A DNA stretch of 64,000 bases from assembly GCA_043732185.1 (NCBI GenBank), contig JAYTHY010000046.1, positions 1 to 64,000 of the forward strand. Reading direction: 5' to 3'. The position numbers and the translations under genes are program-made. This document shows, one piece after another, positions 28,255-38,487 of this stretch; within the stretch, counting starts at the first letter, position 1, and the number at the start of each line of letters is the position of its first letter. The notes beneath the pieces are model-generated. The model was not told the origin of the DNA and searched no databases. It saw only the letters and a program-made list of their open reading frames with translations. This DNA comes from Fibrobacteria bacterium. GTDB lineage: Bacteria; Fibrobacterota; Fibrobacteria; UBA11236.

Positions 28255-29886
28255 TTAACCTCCTGCACGATGTCGGTTCCTGATTAAAAAATTCCGGTAG
28301 TCGGCGTCTTGACCCAGTTGCGCTCCCAATAATGGCTGCTTAGTCAGAAAAAATGCCTCCACGCGTGGGAGGCTCGCCAAGCCGCCATCCCAAGTAAAAT
28401 AAACATCCGTACGACGGCGATAAAAATCTTCCGGCGTTCTAGCCCATTCCCGTTCGTAGGCAAAATGAACTTCCGCCATAAGTATAGGAACCTCGCCGAG
28501 GAGGCGCTCAGTCCCACCGGATAAATTTTGGGTGAATTCCGCTAGTTCCAAGGCTCGTAGGCCGTACCGTCTCATCCAAGTTACCCGTATCTTGTCATCC
28601 ACAAAAGAGAAAGTGCGCAGCTTTTTCTCAAGCGTTGCCCTGGCTCCAGCGTTCAACCATGCACCGGGTAGTAGGCGAGCCTTGATATCCTTTACCTTTT
28701 TTCCATCCCCCAAAATGAATTTGAGATATTGCTCGGCCAAGGTTCGATGCGTCGTGTACTTTCCACCGACGGCGGAGAAAACTCCGTCCTGCAGTTTATG
28801 GAATTCATGTTCGCGACTCAACGTTATGGTGCTCCCGCTAACGGCGCGCGCCAAGGGGCGCAAACCCGTAATCGTACAAATGACATCCGGCTTTTGACCG
28901 GGGAAGTAAATTTCGGTAAGGCGCAGCAATTCCGCAATTTCCTGATCCTGCGGTTGCATGGAATCAGGCGGATAGTCTCCGACTTCCGTTTCCGTGGTAC
29001 CGATCAGGTGTGTCTCCTTCCAAGGCACAACGAAAAAGTAGCGCCGGGTGTTGGGCACCGGCAGGATGAAGCAGGCACTGGAAGGCAATCCTCGGACAAT
29101 TAGATGGATGCCTTGACTCAGGCGAACCTGGGGAGCGGACAAGGGAAAGGCCGTCTTAGCGACTTTATCCGTCCAAGGTCCTAATGCCAAGGCAACGCTT
29201 TTGGTCCGGTAACGGGATTCCTGTCCAGAAATGCGATCCAGTACTTTGACCTCGGTCCAACCCTCTCCCCCACTCTCTACCCCTAGAAAGCTGTGATAAT
29301 TGTGGATATGGGCTCCCAGGGCTCGCGCATCCACCAGGTTTTCCAGAACCAGACGTGCATCATCCATAACGCAGTCAGAGTATTCATAAGCCCCGCAGGC
29401 TTCTTGGGGAAGGAAATGGGGTTCTAATTTTGTGAGCTCGCCTGCACTTACCCAGCGATGTGATTGGATACGGAGCTTACCGGCTAGGAAATCATATAAC
29501 GTGAGTCCAGCCTTGATACCAGCCCGCCCATGCCGGCCTAAGGAAGTACGCGGAAACAGAAAGCGACGCGCTTCCACCAAGTGCGGTGCAATTCCTAATA
29601 GCTGGGCGCGTTCCCGTGTCGCGTCCCGGACCAACGAGAATGCATACGTTTCCAAATAGCGGAGTCCGCCATGAAGCAATTTTGAAGTATTTGTACTTGC
29701 CCCTTGTCCAAAATCGCCGGATTCGAAAAGGGCCACCTTTAGGCCTTGAAAAGCAGCCAAGCGGGCTAAAGCCGCGCCATTGATGCCTCCACCGGCAATT
29801 ATGAGATCGTATTCCAAAATATTGACCGTGCCCTTTCCTCGTTTAATTTTCCTATTTTTCGTCGTGAAGTCATATTTAAAGTTCAA
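28255..29886 (-). CDS. glpD: FAD-dependent glycerol-3-phosphate dehydrogenase
   Basis: IAGGGING, GAS..TSKLLHGGLRYLE, DDARL, GLRPL, GGKYTT. Start uncertain (possibly TTG 29817). Confidence 0.92.
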   Translation of the reverse strand: MNFKYDFTTKNRKIKRGKGTVNILEYDLIIAGGGINGAALARLAAFQGLKVALFESGDFGQGASTNTSKLLHGGLRYLETYAFSLVRDATRERAQLLGIAPHLVEARRFLFPRTSLGRHGRAGIKAGLTLYDFLAGKLRIQSHRWVSAGELTKLEPHFLPQEACGAYEYSDCVMDDARLVLENLVDARALGAHIHNYHSFLGVESGGEGWTEVKVLDRISGQESRYRTKSVALALGPWTDKVAKTAFPLSAPQVRLSQGIHLIVRGLPSSACFILPVPNTRRYFFVVPWKETHLIGTTETEVGDYPPDSMQPQDQEIAELLRLTEIYFPGQKPDVICTITGLRPLARAVSGSTITLSREHEFHKLQDGVFSAVGGKYTTHRTLAEQYLKFILGDGKKVKDIKARLLPGAWLNAGARATLEKKLRTFSFVDDKIRVTWMRRYGLRALELAEFTQNLSGGTERLLGEVPILMAEVHFAYEREWARTPEDFYRRRTDVYFTWDGGLASLPRVEAFFLTKQPLLGAQLGQDADYRNFLIRNRHRAGG

Positions 29887-29919
29887 AGAAATTCACAATT
29901 TCACCAGGCACCATCCTAT

Positions 29920-31047
29920 ATGTCAAAAAAATTGCAGCTCCTAGCCATGCTTTTCTGCTTAATTCGCGTCGTGGTTCCCCAGGCGCAACCGTTAGCGGCC
30001 TATGCCAACCCAGAGCCTTCCCGCAATGCCAATGAGGCTTCCGGCCAAGGCCCTTCAGAAATCCCCGGCTTAGCTACAACTTACAAGGCCGGCAAACCCA
30101 CTGCCGTAGTTATTACCGTGGGCCCAAACAAAATTCGACAGAGGCAAATTGATACCCTGGTCGATTTGATGTCCCGCGCCAAACGTACGCCTGGAACCTT
30201 GGATCCGAGAGAAAAAATATCCTTGCAACGGATGGTAGCCACCAATTTGATTGGCCAAGAATTGCTCGCATTGGAATCACAGCGCCTTAATGTGGTTGCC
30301 CCCGACAAGGAAATCGATTCACTATCCAAAGTATTCAAAGCCAATTTTCCAGATGACGCGAGCTTCAAACAGGCCCTAGCCCAAGCTGGTGATACAGAAA
30401 AAGGATTGCGCGAAAAAATGATCCGGCAAATCAAGGCCGATAAGCTTCTCAACTCCCAACTGACACCCGTTTCAAAACCAACGAACAAGGAAATACAAGA
30501 CTTCTTCACCGCTCACAAAAAAGATTTCCCTTTTAATGACTCGCTCCGCGCCTGTCAGATAGTAATGATAACCGGCAAGGATGCGTCTCCATTGGCAATC
30601 GGCAAAAAGAAAGCCGACTTGGAGCGGGTTCGTCAGGAGTTAGCCAAAGATACTGGCGATGTCGACATGCTGCTAACCCATTTTGTAATGGCTGCGCAGC
30701 AAGTATCCGATGGGCCAGAGAAAAAAGATGGCGGAGACCTCGGGCGGTTTAACCCCGCGGATTTTCAGCCCGAATTTAAACGACAAGTCATGGGACTTAA
30801 AGTGGGTCAAATGTCCCAGATATTCAGCACTCCCCTGGGTTACCATTTGATTCTACTTACCGAACGTTATGACGGAAAATTCGAAAGCTATCGATTGCAA
30901 ATTTCCCGCATCTTGATCCAGGAAAAATCGGCCATAGCCGGCAAAAATTTGAAGAAATACTTGCAAACGCTTGCCGCGCGTTATAAGGTCAACTACCTCC
31001 AGTCAGGCTTAAAAGATACGACGGTTGCCGGAGTCTATTCCCGCTAA
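29920..31047 (+). CDS. Parvulin-type peptidyl-prolyl isomerase (SurA/PrsA-like)
   Basis: Signal peptide; SDGP...GGDLG.F......EF, GQMS..F.TPLGYHLI. Confidence 0.88.
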   Translation: MSKKLQLLAMLFCLIRVVVPQAQPLAAYANPEPSRNANEASGQGPSEIPGLATTYKAGKPTAVVITVGPNKIRQRQIDTLVDLMSRAKRTPGTLDPREKISLQRMVATNLIGQELLALESQRLNVVAPDKEIDSLSKVFKANFPDDASFKQALAQAGDTEKGLREKMIRQIKADKLLNSQLTPVSKPTNKEIQDFFTAHKKDFPFNDSLRACQIVMITGKDASPLAIGKKKADLERVRQELAKDTGDVDMLLTHFVMAAQQVSDGPEKKDGGDLGRFNPADFQPEFKRQVMGLKVGQMSQIFSTPLGYHLILLTERYDGKFESYRLQISRILIQEKSAIAGKNLKKYLQTLAARYKVNYLQSGLKDTTVAGVYSR

Positions 31048-31058
31048 GCCTTTTCAAT

Positions 31059-32957
31059 ATGATTGCCCAGGACGAATTAGTAGGCACGCGGTTTGAAAAA
31101 TGCGTCGTTGAAAGTCTGATCGGAAGAGGTGGTTACGGCCTCACGTTCCTGGCATTTGATGAAGAGCTTCGGGAACATCGCGTCATCAAGGTTTCCCAAG
31201 ATGCTGGCATGGATGAAACCATGCGCCGCCGACATCTCAAAACGTTTCTAGATGAAGGCCTGATTTTAAGTCGACTTAAACATCCGCAAATCGTTACCTT
31301 GCGCGGACAAGGTGAAAAACACGGCCATCGGTACATGATCTTGGATTTTATTCGCGGCTTCAATATCCGGAATATTATCGATATTATCCAACAACGGCAG
31401 CAAGAGCTTGACTGCGAATGGCAAGATCTTTTGGATCCGGAAACAGCGTCGGCCCTGGTGCTATCCGCGCTGTATCCAATGGAATACGCCCATCGCGCCA
31501 ATGTCCACTTGCCTGATCGCGAAATATTCGGTGTGGCCCATCGAGATATCTCACCTGGTAATCTAATCTTAGGCGTCCAAGGCAACGAAAAAGGTCGGAT
31601 TATACTCATCGACTTCGGTACGGCCAAAACCGACCTTACGGAAAGCATTACAATAGACCAAAACCTGGTCGGTACCGTTCCCTATATGAGCAAGGCGCGG
31701 CTACAAAAAACCAACTCACCAGAAGAGATGGCGTTGCATCAGGATTTTTGGACAAGTTTCCGTGAAACCCAGCACGATATTCACGCCCTCGGTGTCCTTT
31801 ATTTCCAACTGCTTACTGGCCGACTTCCTTTTTCGGGAGAGACCTCACCGCAAATCATCGTTAAAATTCTAGACCCAAAATATTATTCCCAATGTCATAT
31901 GGAAATCGCCCAAAGCCATCCCTTTGCGTCCGGCATACTGCAAAAATGCCTTGTTTACCACGACCTTTCGACACCTGTAAAGGATCAGCCCTATCAGTAT
32001 CCGGATGCAGGGCGCATGCTCCCAGATATGGTTAAAGTTTTTGATAAACTTTCCCGCGGGCACTCAGCACAAGAAATTCTGGTGGAGTTGGGGAAAAAGT
32101 TAGCTCGACCCGAATTATTTATTCCCGTCCAAAACAAGGTCGCATTTACCTTTCCCGCGACTACAAAAATGCAGGAAACGCGATTGTCTAAAAAACCGAA
32201 GCGCCTCGCCTTGAGAATGGATGGATTAAAACCGGCTGTCCGAGTAGCAGTCTATGCAGCATCACTTCTTTGCGCCATTGCTCTAGCTATAGCGGTGAGC
32301 CAATGGTTTCAATCTAAGGCCAAGAAAACCTCCACAGAAGCCACCCGTTCGCCTCCAGGCAAGTTGGAAAATCTGACCAATGGAACCGGTATCGTGGCTG
32401 CTTCCAAGCACACCAATAATGGCGAGCACACCAAAACCGAAGCGCGCATTCCCAGCCCCATGGTCGTTGTACCAAAATCCAAAAACAGTGATCGGCCAGC
32501 AGCTGCTTTAACGCGCGGCATTAAACGCCAGGATAGCTCCTCTACTCAAGCTCGCTTTGACAAGGACGTCTTTGTCCAATTACAAGGCTTGTTTAGGGAA
32601 CAGGACCCGTCCGCCTATGATCAGATCGTTTCTTGGTTGAATAAATTCCCCGAATCCGCGGATCTTCGTTTTTTGAAAATCCAATTGGTTCTGTCGGGGA
32701 ATCCATTGGCAGAAGATATTCGACCGGAGCTGGTCAGCTTGCAAAATGTTCAACCAGAATTCACACATCCAAGCTTGTTTCATCAATCCGTCCAATATCT
32801 GCTTTTTGAACTTGATGCGAACGTGTTCCAGGCCCAAAAAACCCCAATAAAACGGATTAATATGCAAAAATCAGCAAATGCCTATCTTGCCGAGTACCAG
32901 GAGAATCCGGCTTTTTCTGAAAAGGTTAAGCAGATCAAAGCACTTCTTGCCAAGTAA
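31059..32957 (+). CDS. Membrane-anchored Ser/Thr protein kinase
   Basis: IGRGGYG, VIK, HRDISPGN, DFG, GT.PYM; TM segment near aa 400. Confidence 0.9.
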   Translation: MIAQDELVGTRFEKCVVESLIGRGGYGLTFLAFDEELREHRVIKVSQDAGMDETMRRRHLKTFLDEGLILSRLKHPQIVTLRGQGEKHGHRYMILDFIRGFNIRNIIDIIQQRQQELDCEWQDLLDPETASALVLSALYPMEYAHRANVHLPDREIFGVAHRDISPGNLILGVQGNEKGRIILIDFGTAKTDLTESITIDQNLVGTVPYMSKARLQKTNSPEEMALHQDFWTSFRETQHDIHALGVLYFQLLTGRLPFSGETSPQIIVKILDPKYYSQCHMEIAQSHPFASGILQKCLVYHDLSTPVKDQPYQYPDAGRMLPDMVKVFDKLSRGHSAQEILVELGKKLARPELFIPVQNKVAFTFPATTKMQETRLSKKPKRLALRMDGLKPAVRVAVYAASLLCAIALAIAVSQWFQSKAKKTSTEATRSPPGKLENLTNGTGIVAASKHTNNGEHTKTEARIPSPMVVVPKSKNSDRPAAALTRGIKRQDSSSTQARFDKDVFVQLQGLFREQDPSAYDQIVSWLNKFPESADLRFLKIQLVLSGNPLAEDIRPELVSLQNVQPEFTHPSLFHQSVQYLLFELDANVFQAQKTPIKRINMQKSANAYLAEYQENPAFSEKVKQIKALLAK

Positions 32958-33065
32958 CGGCGTCATTTTTAGCCTTTTCCCTTTAAAATGTGGCGTGAAT
33001 TTGGTAATTTAAGGCCCCAGTTTTTCCGGGTCCACTCAGGTGGAATCTGCACGTAAAGGATAGCC

Positions 33066-33512
33066 ATGTACTCAGTTATAGAATCCGGGGGTTTTCAACA
33101 TAAAATCACCGTAGGTGAAACCCTGAAGCTTTCAAAAATTGAAGCCAAGGTCGGTGAAGTGTTGACTGTCTCCAACGTATTGCTCTATGCAAACGGGGAG
33201 AGCATCGTGGTTGGCAAGCCGATGGTTGCTGGCGCTTCCGTAAAGATGGAAGTACTGGATCAGGGCAAAGATGACAAAATCATTTCATTCAAGCGTAAAC
33301 AACGCAAGCGGTATCGCAAAACCATCGGACACCGACAGCTCTTTACGGAAGTTTTAGTCACTGAGATGGTTTGCGGCGCAGACAAATCCAGCGTCGATGA
33401 TAAAGCCAAGATTCGGGCCCGCGCCCGCGCCAAAGCCTTGGCCGCTCAAAAGGTGCAAAATGTGCCTCTCACCAAAGCCCAGAAAATTACGGCAGCGAAA
33501 GCAGGAAAGTAA
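33066..33512 (+). CDS. rplU: 50S ribosomal protein L21 with C-terminal extension
   Basis: [27 protein letters not shown]; upstream of rpmA. Confidence 0.96.
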   Translation: MYSVIESGGFQHKITVGETLKLSKIEAKVGEVLTVSNVLLYANGESIVVGKPMVAGASVKMEVLDQGKDDKIISFKRKQRKRYRKTIGHRQLFTEVLVTEMVCGADKSSVDDKAKIRARARAKALAAQKVQNVPLTKAQKITAAKAGK

Positions 33513-33515
33513 ACC

Positions 33516-33806
33516 ATGGCACACAAAAAAGGACTTGGTAGCACCCGTAATGGACGTGATTCCAACCCCAAATATCGGGGCGTCAAAAAGTTCGGTGGCG
33601 AAACCGTTATCGCAGGAAACATCATTGTTCGCCAAAAGGGAACGCGTTGGCATCCGGGCCTGAACGTGGGCATGGGTCGCGACTATACCATTTACTCCGT
33701 TATTGAAGGCGTTGTCAAGTTTGAAAGACTGGGCAAAGATCGCCAGAAAATCAGCGTATATCCCGTGGTCGCAGCGGACGCTTCCGCTGCGACTGTGGCT
33801 GCCTAA
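33516..33806 (+). CDS. rpmA: 50S ribosomal protein L27
   Basis: [16 protein letters not shown]...GVKKFGG...[20 protein letters not shown]. Confidence 0.98.
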   Translation: MAHKKGLGSTRNGRDSNPKYRGVKKFGGETVIAGNIIVRQKGTRWHPGLNVGMGRDYTIYSVIEGVVKFERLGKDRQKISVYPVVAADASAATVAA

Positions 33807-33866
33807 AAAAGATTTTCTTTACTGGTTGGGCCCATTTTTGACCCAGCTTATTTTCACCTAAGTATC

Positions 33867-33897
33867 GAAAAGGGACATCAAATGGTGTCCCTTTTTC
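33867..33897 (+). terminator. Intrinsic terminator after rplU-rpmA
   Basis: AAAAGGGACA-loop-TGTCCCTTTTT. Confidence 0.85.
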
Positions 33898-33959
33898 ATT
33901 TTCACGGATATTAGTGAAGTATGGGCCAGGCGAATGGACTTTTATATCTTAGCTCGGCG

Positions 33960-36650
33960 ATGACCTTGCGAAAAGACTGGTTCTGCTCTCTGGGTCTTAT
34001 CGCCTTGTTGTTTGGCTGTTCCACGGACCATAAGCAACAAAATTTCAGCTACCTTCGCAGTCCGGCCTATTTTAAGGTGGACACAACTTTAAGCAATCAT
34101 GCCTTCTGCGCTGATTATTCCGGCACCTTTGCTTCGCAAGCAGAGTGCATGCAGGCAAAAAAATACCGACTAAGCTGGTTACGCCCCGAGGACACCACCA
34201 AATTCAGTGGTTACAGAATCTACGTTGATACTATACCCCCCAATACTCCCACTGGGCGCCATTGGGCTGATGTACAACGCGACCCGAAGCTAGCTAACCT
34301 GATCGTAGAAACCACATCCCCCACAGACAGTGTGATTTTTATTTTCGGGAAACGGGAATTCAAACAAGATACCTTAAGGAAAAACAATACTAAGATTTAT
34401 ATTATCGATACAACCAGTCGTCAGGAAACCGAATCAGGTCGACTAGTATTTGCCCTAGTTCCCGTATATGCGGGTGACGCAACACCTGGTCAACCTCAGT
34501 ATTCCTGGTTTATTGTAAACGATAAATTTCCGCCGGACATATTCAGCCCGCGAATAAAGCCTGGAGCACATGAGATCGCAATCACTTGGCAGCGCCCAAC
34601 CGATCCGACCAGCTTCTTTGATGCCAATCTCGATTCCGGTCTCATTCGCACTTACCTACTCAAGTTGACACTAGGAGGCCGCATCACGGCCGATCGAAAA
34701 CAAGCTTTTGCGCCGACCATAAAATTCACACGTGGCGGGAAAGATGTCACTGAATCGGTCCGGGACTCATTGGTACTCGACCCACCCGATGCAAGGGACA
34801 AAAGCACTTTGATCCCCAAAGGTCACATTTATTTTCTCCCCGATTCGAATCGTGCCCACCGAGCTTCGCCCACCCTAGCAGATAGCTTGAGCGCTGTTAT
34901 TACCGGGCTCACTCCGCGAGACACCTTGAACGTGCAAGTCTGGGCAATGGATAGCTCCGGAAATCAAAATGCAAATGCCATGGCAACTGTAGTTGTGCAT
35001 CTCACCGACACCACCCAGCCTTCTACCCCAAAACTTTTTGTGGATAGCAGCACCATTAGTAGCAATGGCTTTGTGGTCAGGTGGAAGCCTTCCAGCGACA
35101 CCTTATGGCTAGAAACCGGTTCCACTGAGGTAAAGTCCATCCCCAATTATCATATCCAAGAATACCGCATGCGCCGCACATTACTAAGAGATTCTGGAGA
35201 AAAGGCAAGTCTACTGGACCGGATGGACACCGTCATTGAAGTGGCTAAACCCATAGACACCTCAACCGTTTTTGTAAATACCATGCGCTTCTTGCCACCC
35301 GGCCGGACCTTTCAATTAAAGCTTAGCGCATTGGATCTGACCGGTTTTGAATCGAACGTAGACTCCATAACCGTTCAAACGCCAGCCGTTCATTTCCTAG
35401 GCAAGGATAGCGCATTGACTTGCCCCACGGGCTTTATTCCTATTCCTAGAGCGCGATTTACATTAGGTGAAATAACCAGTGGGTCGCAACCTGATGAAAC
35501 GCCAACGCATATCATCAATATGGGTCCATATTGTATTGAACCCTATGAACACAGGGACAGCTCCGGCCAATTTATATCTGGGGTTACCTGGGAAAAAGCG
35601 GATACCCTTTGCCAGGCCATGAGCAAGGATTTCAATAGTCAACTTTGCTCCGAAGCGGAATGGGAGCGGGCATGCGAGGGTCCAGGGGTTGGCCCCGACT
35701 CAGCGCTTCTGCATGGCATTCAAAGTGAACAAAAAAATGCATCCATCTTACAATCAACCTGCAACCAAGGCACCAATGATTCCGTAATGGCGCGTGCTTT
35801 TGATAAACGCAATGCAACATGCCTGACAAGGGAAGGCGTCTATGATATGGCCGGAAACTTTTCGGAATGGGTTCGTGATGTGTATTCCGAACGGGCTTAC
35901 TCACATCTCCCACCCGGCGATAGCTTGGACCATGCCTATGCCTATACCGATTCCGGACAAGTTCATGGATTTCGTGGAGGAAATTATCTGGCCCCGCAGA
36001 CGCTTCTCTCCTCCGTTGCAGTCCAAAACTTAGCCCGTTGTTCAAACCGAGATTATCCCAATCAGATAAGACCCATTTTTCGTTTGGATTGCTTGGATTC
36101 TTCCCAGCCAAAAATAGCCGTCATTTACAATTCGGGATTAGCCGGGCACTTTTGCATGCCACTACCCGCAAGCTTACGCGATAAGAAAATAACCGACTTG
36201 ATTTCTGCACCAAAGGACAGCACTAAAATTCTGGTTTTTTTATCTGGAGAGACTCATCCCGACACCATATCGCTTCTAAGGCCTGTCGGTGACACTCTTT
36301 TCCTCAAAAAGAAACCCGTGTTTGTGCGGATGACGACGCTTTCATTGGCAGTGGTACAATTTGTAAAACCAGGCGTAGATACGATAATCAAAGACACTTT
36401 GGACGCAGCCGAAATGCGCGACACCTCCCAAAGTAACCTGGCGAAAATATTTTCCCGCGAAGCCGGGAATTCGGGATGGATGGTCAAACAAGAAGCAGGC
36501 AAGTTTGTAATTAAATACATTTACGCCTACGCAATGTCGGGCACCAAATTACCCAAAGCTTACTATAACAATCATACTATCAGTTTTCGCTGCTGCAGTT
36601 TGGCGAAAACGTTCCCAATTCCCTTGCCCAAATCGGTACGCTCGCGCTGA
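33960..36650 (+). CDS. Large lipoprotein: FN3-like repeats plus FGE-sulfatase (SUMF1-like) domain with insertion
   Basis: Lipobox LFGC; V.AMDSSGN and SALD..G.ES FN3 ends; CP.GF..IP, LCSEAEWERAC.G, GVYDMAGN..EW, FRGG, terminal FRCC. Confidence 0.8.
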   Translation: MTLRKDWFCSLGLIALLFGCSTDHKQQNFSYLRSPAYFKVDTTLSNHAFCADYSGTFASQAECMQAKKYRLSWLRPEDTTKFSGYRIYVDTIPPNTPTGRHWADVQRDPKLANLIVETTSPTDSVIFIFGKREFKQDTLRKNNTKIYIIDTTSRQETESGRLVFALVPVYAGDATPGQPQYSWFIVNDKFPPDIFSPRIKPGAHEIAITWQRPTDPTSFFDANLDSGLIRTYLLKLTLGGRITADRKQAFAPTIKFTRGGKDVTESVRDSLVLDPPDARDKSTLIPKGHIYFLPDSNRAHRASPTLADSLSAVITGLTPRDTLNVQVWAMDSSGNQNANAMATVVVHLTDTTQPSTPKLFVDSSTISSNGFVVRWKPSSDTLWLETGSTEVKSIPNYHIQEYRMRRTLLRDSGEKASLLDRMDTVIEVAKPIDTSTVFVNTMRFLPPGRTFQLKLSALDLTGFESNVDSITVQTPAVHFLGKDSALTCPTGFIPIPRARFTLGEITSGSQPDETPTHIINMGPYCIEPYEHRDSSGQFISGVTWEKADTLCQAMSKDFNSQLCSEAEWERACEGPGVGPDSALLHGIQSEQKNASILQSTCNQGTNDSVMARAFDKRNATCLTREGVYDMAGNFSEWVRDVYSERAYSHLPPGDSLDHAYAYTDSGQVHGFRGGNYLAPQTLLSSVAVQNLARCSNRDYPNQIRPIFRLDCLDSSQPKIAVIYNSGLAGHFCMPLPASLRDKKITDLISAPKDSTKILVFLSGETHPDTISLLRPVGDTLFLKKKPVFVRMTTLSLAVVQFVKPGVDTIIKDTLDAAEMRDTSQSNLAKIFSREAGNSGWMVKQEAGKFVIKYIYAYAMSGTKLPKAYYNNHTISFRCCSLAKTFPIPLPKSVRSR

Positions 36651-36664
36651 GTGGTGCTAGCCCT

Positions 36665-37864
36665 TTAGCGCTCGCCCATTTCTTCCGACTGACTGGACAT
36701 TTTCCAAATCTTTCGTGGCAAAGAACTCACTAGGATGCGGCCGAGTTCAGTTATCGGAACCCATTTAAATCCCTCTGGCAGCTCGGCTGTTTTAGGGCCT
36801 TTACTTCCCGGCTTAACTTTCGCAATGGCAACTTTAAGCTCTAATCGGTGATGGGTAATACTATGGATTACGTTATGCGGTTGCAGTGAAAAATTGGATA
36901 CAACAATTTGCGGCAACAATTTATTCCATTCGATTCCAAGAGAAGTAATTTTAGAAACCGTAAAATATGGGAAGGACCATAATCCTTTCAAAATGCCGGC
37001 AGTCTCTGACCGATGCATTAAAACCTCGTGCTCAACAAAACCGCTGTTTAGCCTATTACTCCTTCTAATCGCAATAACTGCAATTCCCGCTATGCGCAAA
37101 ATAGCCTTGCGAATTTTGGCTGGAGGGAATTGTTCCTGTAAACCGCCGGCACAAGCTACGCAGAATGGCGCCAATGGGCAGGCCCCACATAAAGGTTTTT
37201 TAGGTGTACAAATAGTCGCGCCCAGTTCCATCAGTCCTTCATTTACTAATGCGGGTTCGTTGCTTTGCACCCAAGCGCGCGCCAATCCCCAATAAACAGC
37301 CTTCGTTTCACTGGTTTTTGGAAGAAAGTCTAATCCATATCGACGACTAAAAACTCTTTCCAGGTTGCCATCCAAGATGGGCTCTGGAAGATTAAATGCC
37401 AGGCTTGCAATGGCTCCAGCTGTATATTCCCCTATACCTTTTAAGGAGAGCAAGTCCGTCCGCTGCCAGGGAAACTGACCGGAAAAATGCTCCACCACTG
37501 TGCGCGCTGTCGTAAGAATGTTGCGTACTCGAGAATAGTACCCAAGGCCTGCCCAAGCTTCCATTACTTCATCTTCGTGGGCTTTAGCCAAATCGAAAAC
37601 CGTTGGGAACGTTCTCATCCAACGCGTAAAATATTCTACTACGGTCGAGACCTGTGTTTGCTGAAGCATGATTTCCGAGATCCATGTGGCATATGGATCT
37701 CGCCTATAGGAAGTAGGGGTAACCCAGCCTGGCTCTGCTACGGAGTCGTCATCAATTGAAGAATGGGCTTCTTTTCGCCATGGCAATTCGCGGCGATTTA
37801 ATCGAAACCAACTTGTTAGAGCGAGTGCTTCAACCGAAACGTCGCGGGTTTGACCGAGGTTCAA
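36665..37864 (-). CDS. mutY: A/G-specific adenine glycosylase
   Basis: WISEIMLQQTQV, WAGLGYYSR, GIGEYTAGAI, CTPKKPLC..CPL..FC Fe-S motif. Confidence 0.95.
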   Translation of the reverse strand: MNLGQTRDVSVEALALTSWFRLNRRELPWRKEAHSSIDDDSVAEPGWVTPTSYRRDPYATWISEIMLQQTQVSTVVEYFTRWMRTFPTVFDLAKAHEDEVMEAWAGLGYYSRVRNILTTARTVVEHFSGQFPWQRTDLLSLKGIGEYTAGAIASLAFNLPEPILDGNLERVFSRRYGLDFLPKTSETKAVYWGLARAWVQSNEPALVNEGLMELGATICTPKKPLCGACPLAPFCVACAGGLQEQFPPAKIRKAILRIAGIAVIAIRRSNRLNSGFVEHEVLMHRSETAGILKGLWSFPYFTVSKITSLGIEWNKLLPQIVVSNFSLQPHNVIHSITHHRLELKVAIAKVKPGSKGPKTAELPEGFKWVPITELGRILVSSLPRKIWKMSSQSEEMGER

Positions 37865-38289
37865 CCGCCAGTGCCAGCCTCAGCATTGGCAGGAACTCCA
37901 CCTCTTGGATCGCCATAAATTTTCTCGACTTTATCGTTTTTGAACGTGAGTCCAGTTATTAGGTTCCCTCGATTATTCACGTACTCCCAATTGGTTTCGC
38001 CTTCAGAGGTTCGGTCCGGATTGCCGAACAATTGAAATACCATTTGGCGGGGCATACCCTCAATAGGAAAGCCTTCCAGGAAAGCCTGCTTAATATTCTC
38101 AGGAATGCCAAAACCATTTTGGATAATGTAGTCCTTGCGTTCTTGGGCCGGTAGACCGCGGGAAATCAGGGGTCGAGTATAGTTCGAAGCACATCCAAAT
38201 GCCATAGCCAGGGTTGCCACAACTGCGAGAACAGAAATCCATAATTTACCATCCCAAAAATGTGTTTTCTTAACCATCGATTGAAGCAT
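37861..38289 (-). CDS. Small lipoprotein (BamE/SmpA-like fold possible)
   Basis: Lipobox AFGC; GM....V...FGNPD.......W.Y; SD before ATG 38289. Confidence 0.7.
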   Translation of the reverse strand: MLQSMVKKTHFWDGKLWISVLAVVATLAMAFGCASNYTRPLISRGLPAQERKDYIIQNGFGIPENIKQAFLEGFPIEGMPRQMVFQLFGNPDRTSEGETNWEYVNNRGNLITGLTFKNDKVEKIYGDPRGGVPANAEAGTGG

Positions 38290-38487
38290 ACTTTCCCTCC
38301 TATTCAAAGACTGCAATTCATTTGAATATAGGAACTAGAACGCCAGACTCAATGGGTGAGAAATCCAATTGACAATATCCAAGATTTGGGACACAATAGC
38401 TTGAACTTGCAACCAAATCTGTTTAACAGAATTGGAAGGTAAGTTGTGCCGAAGGACTTGCGGGCCAAAAAATGATTTAAATTTGCC

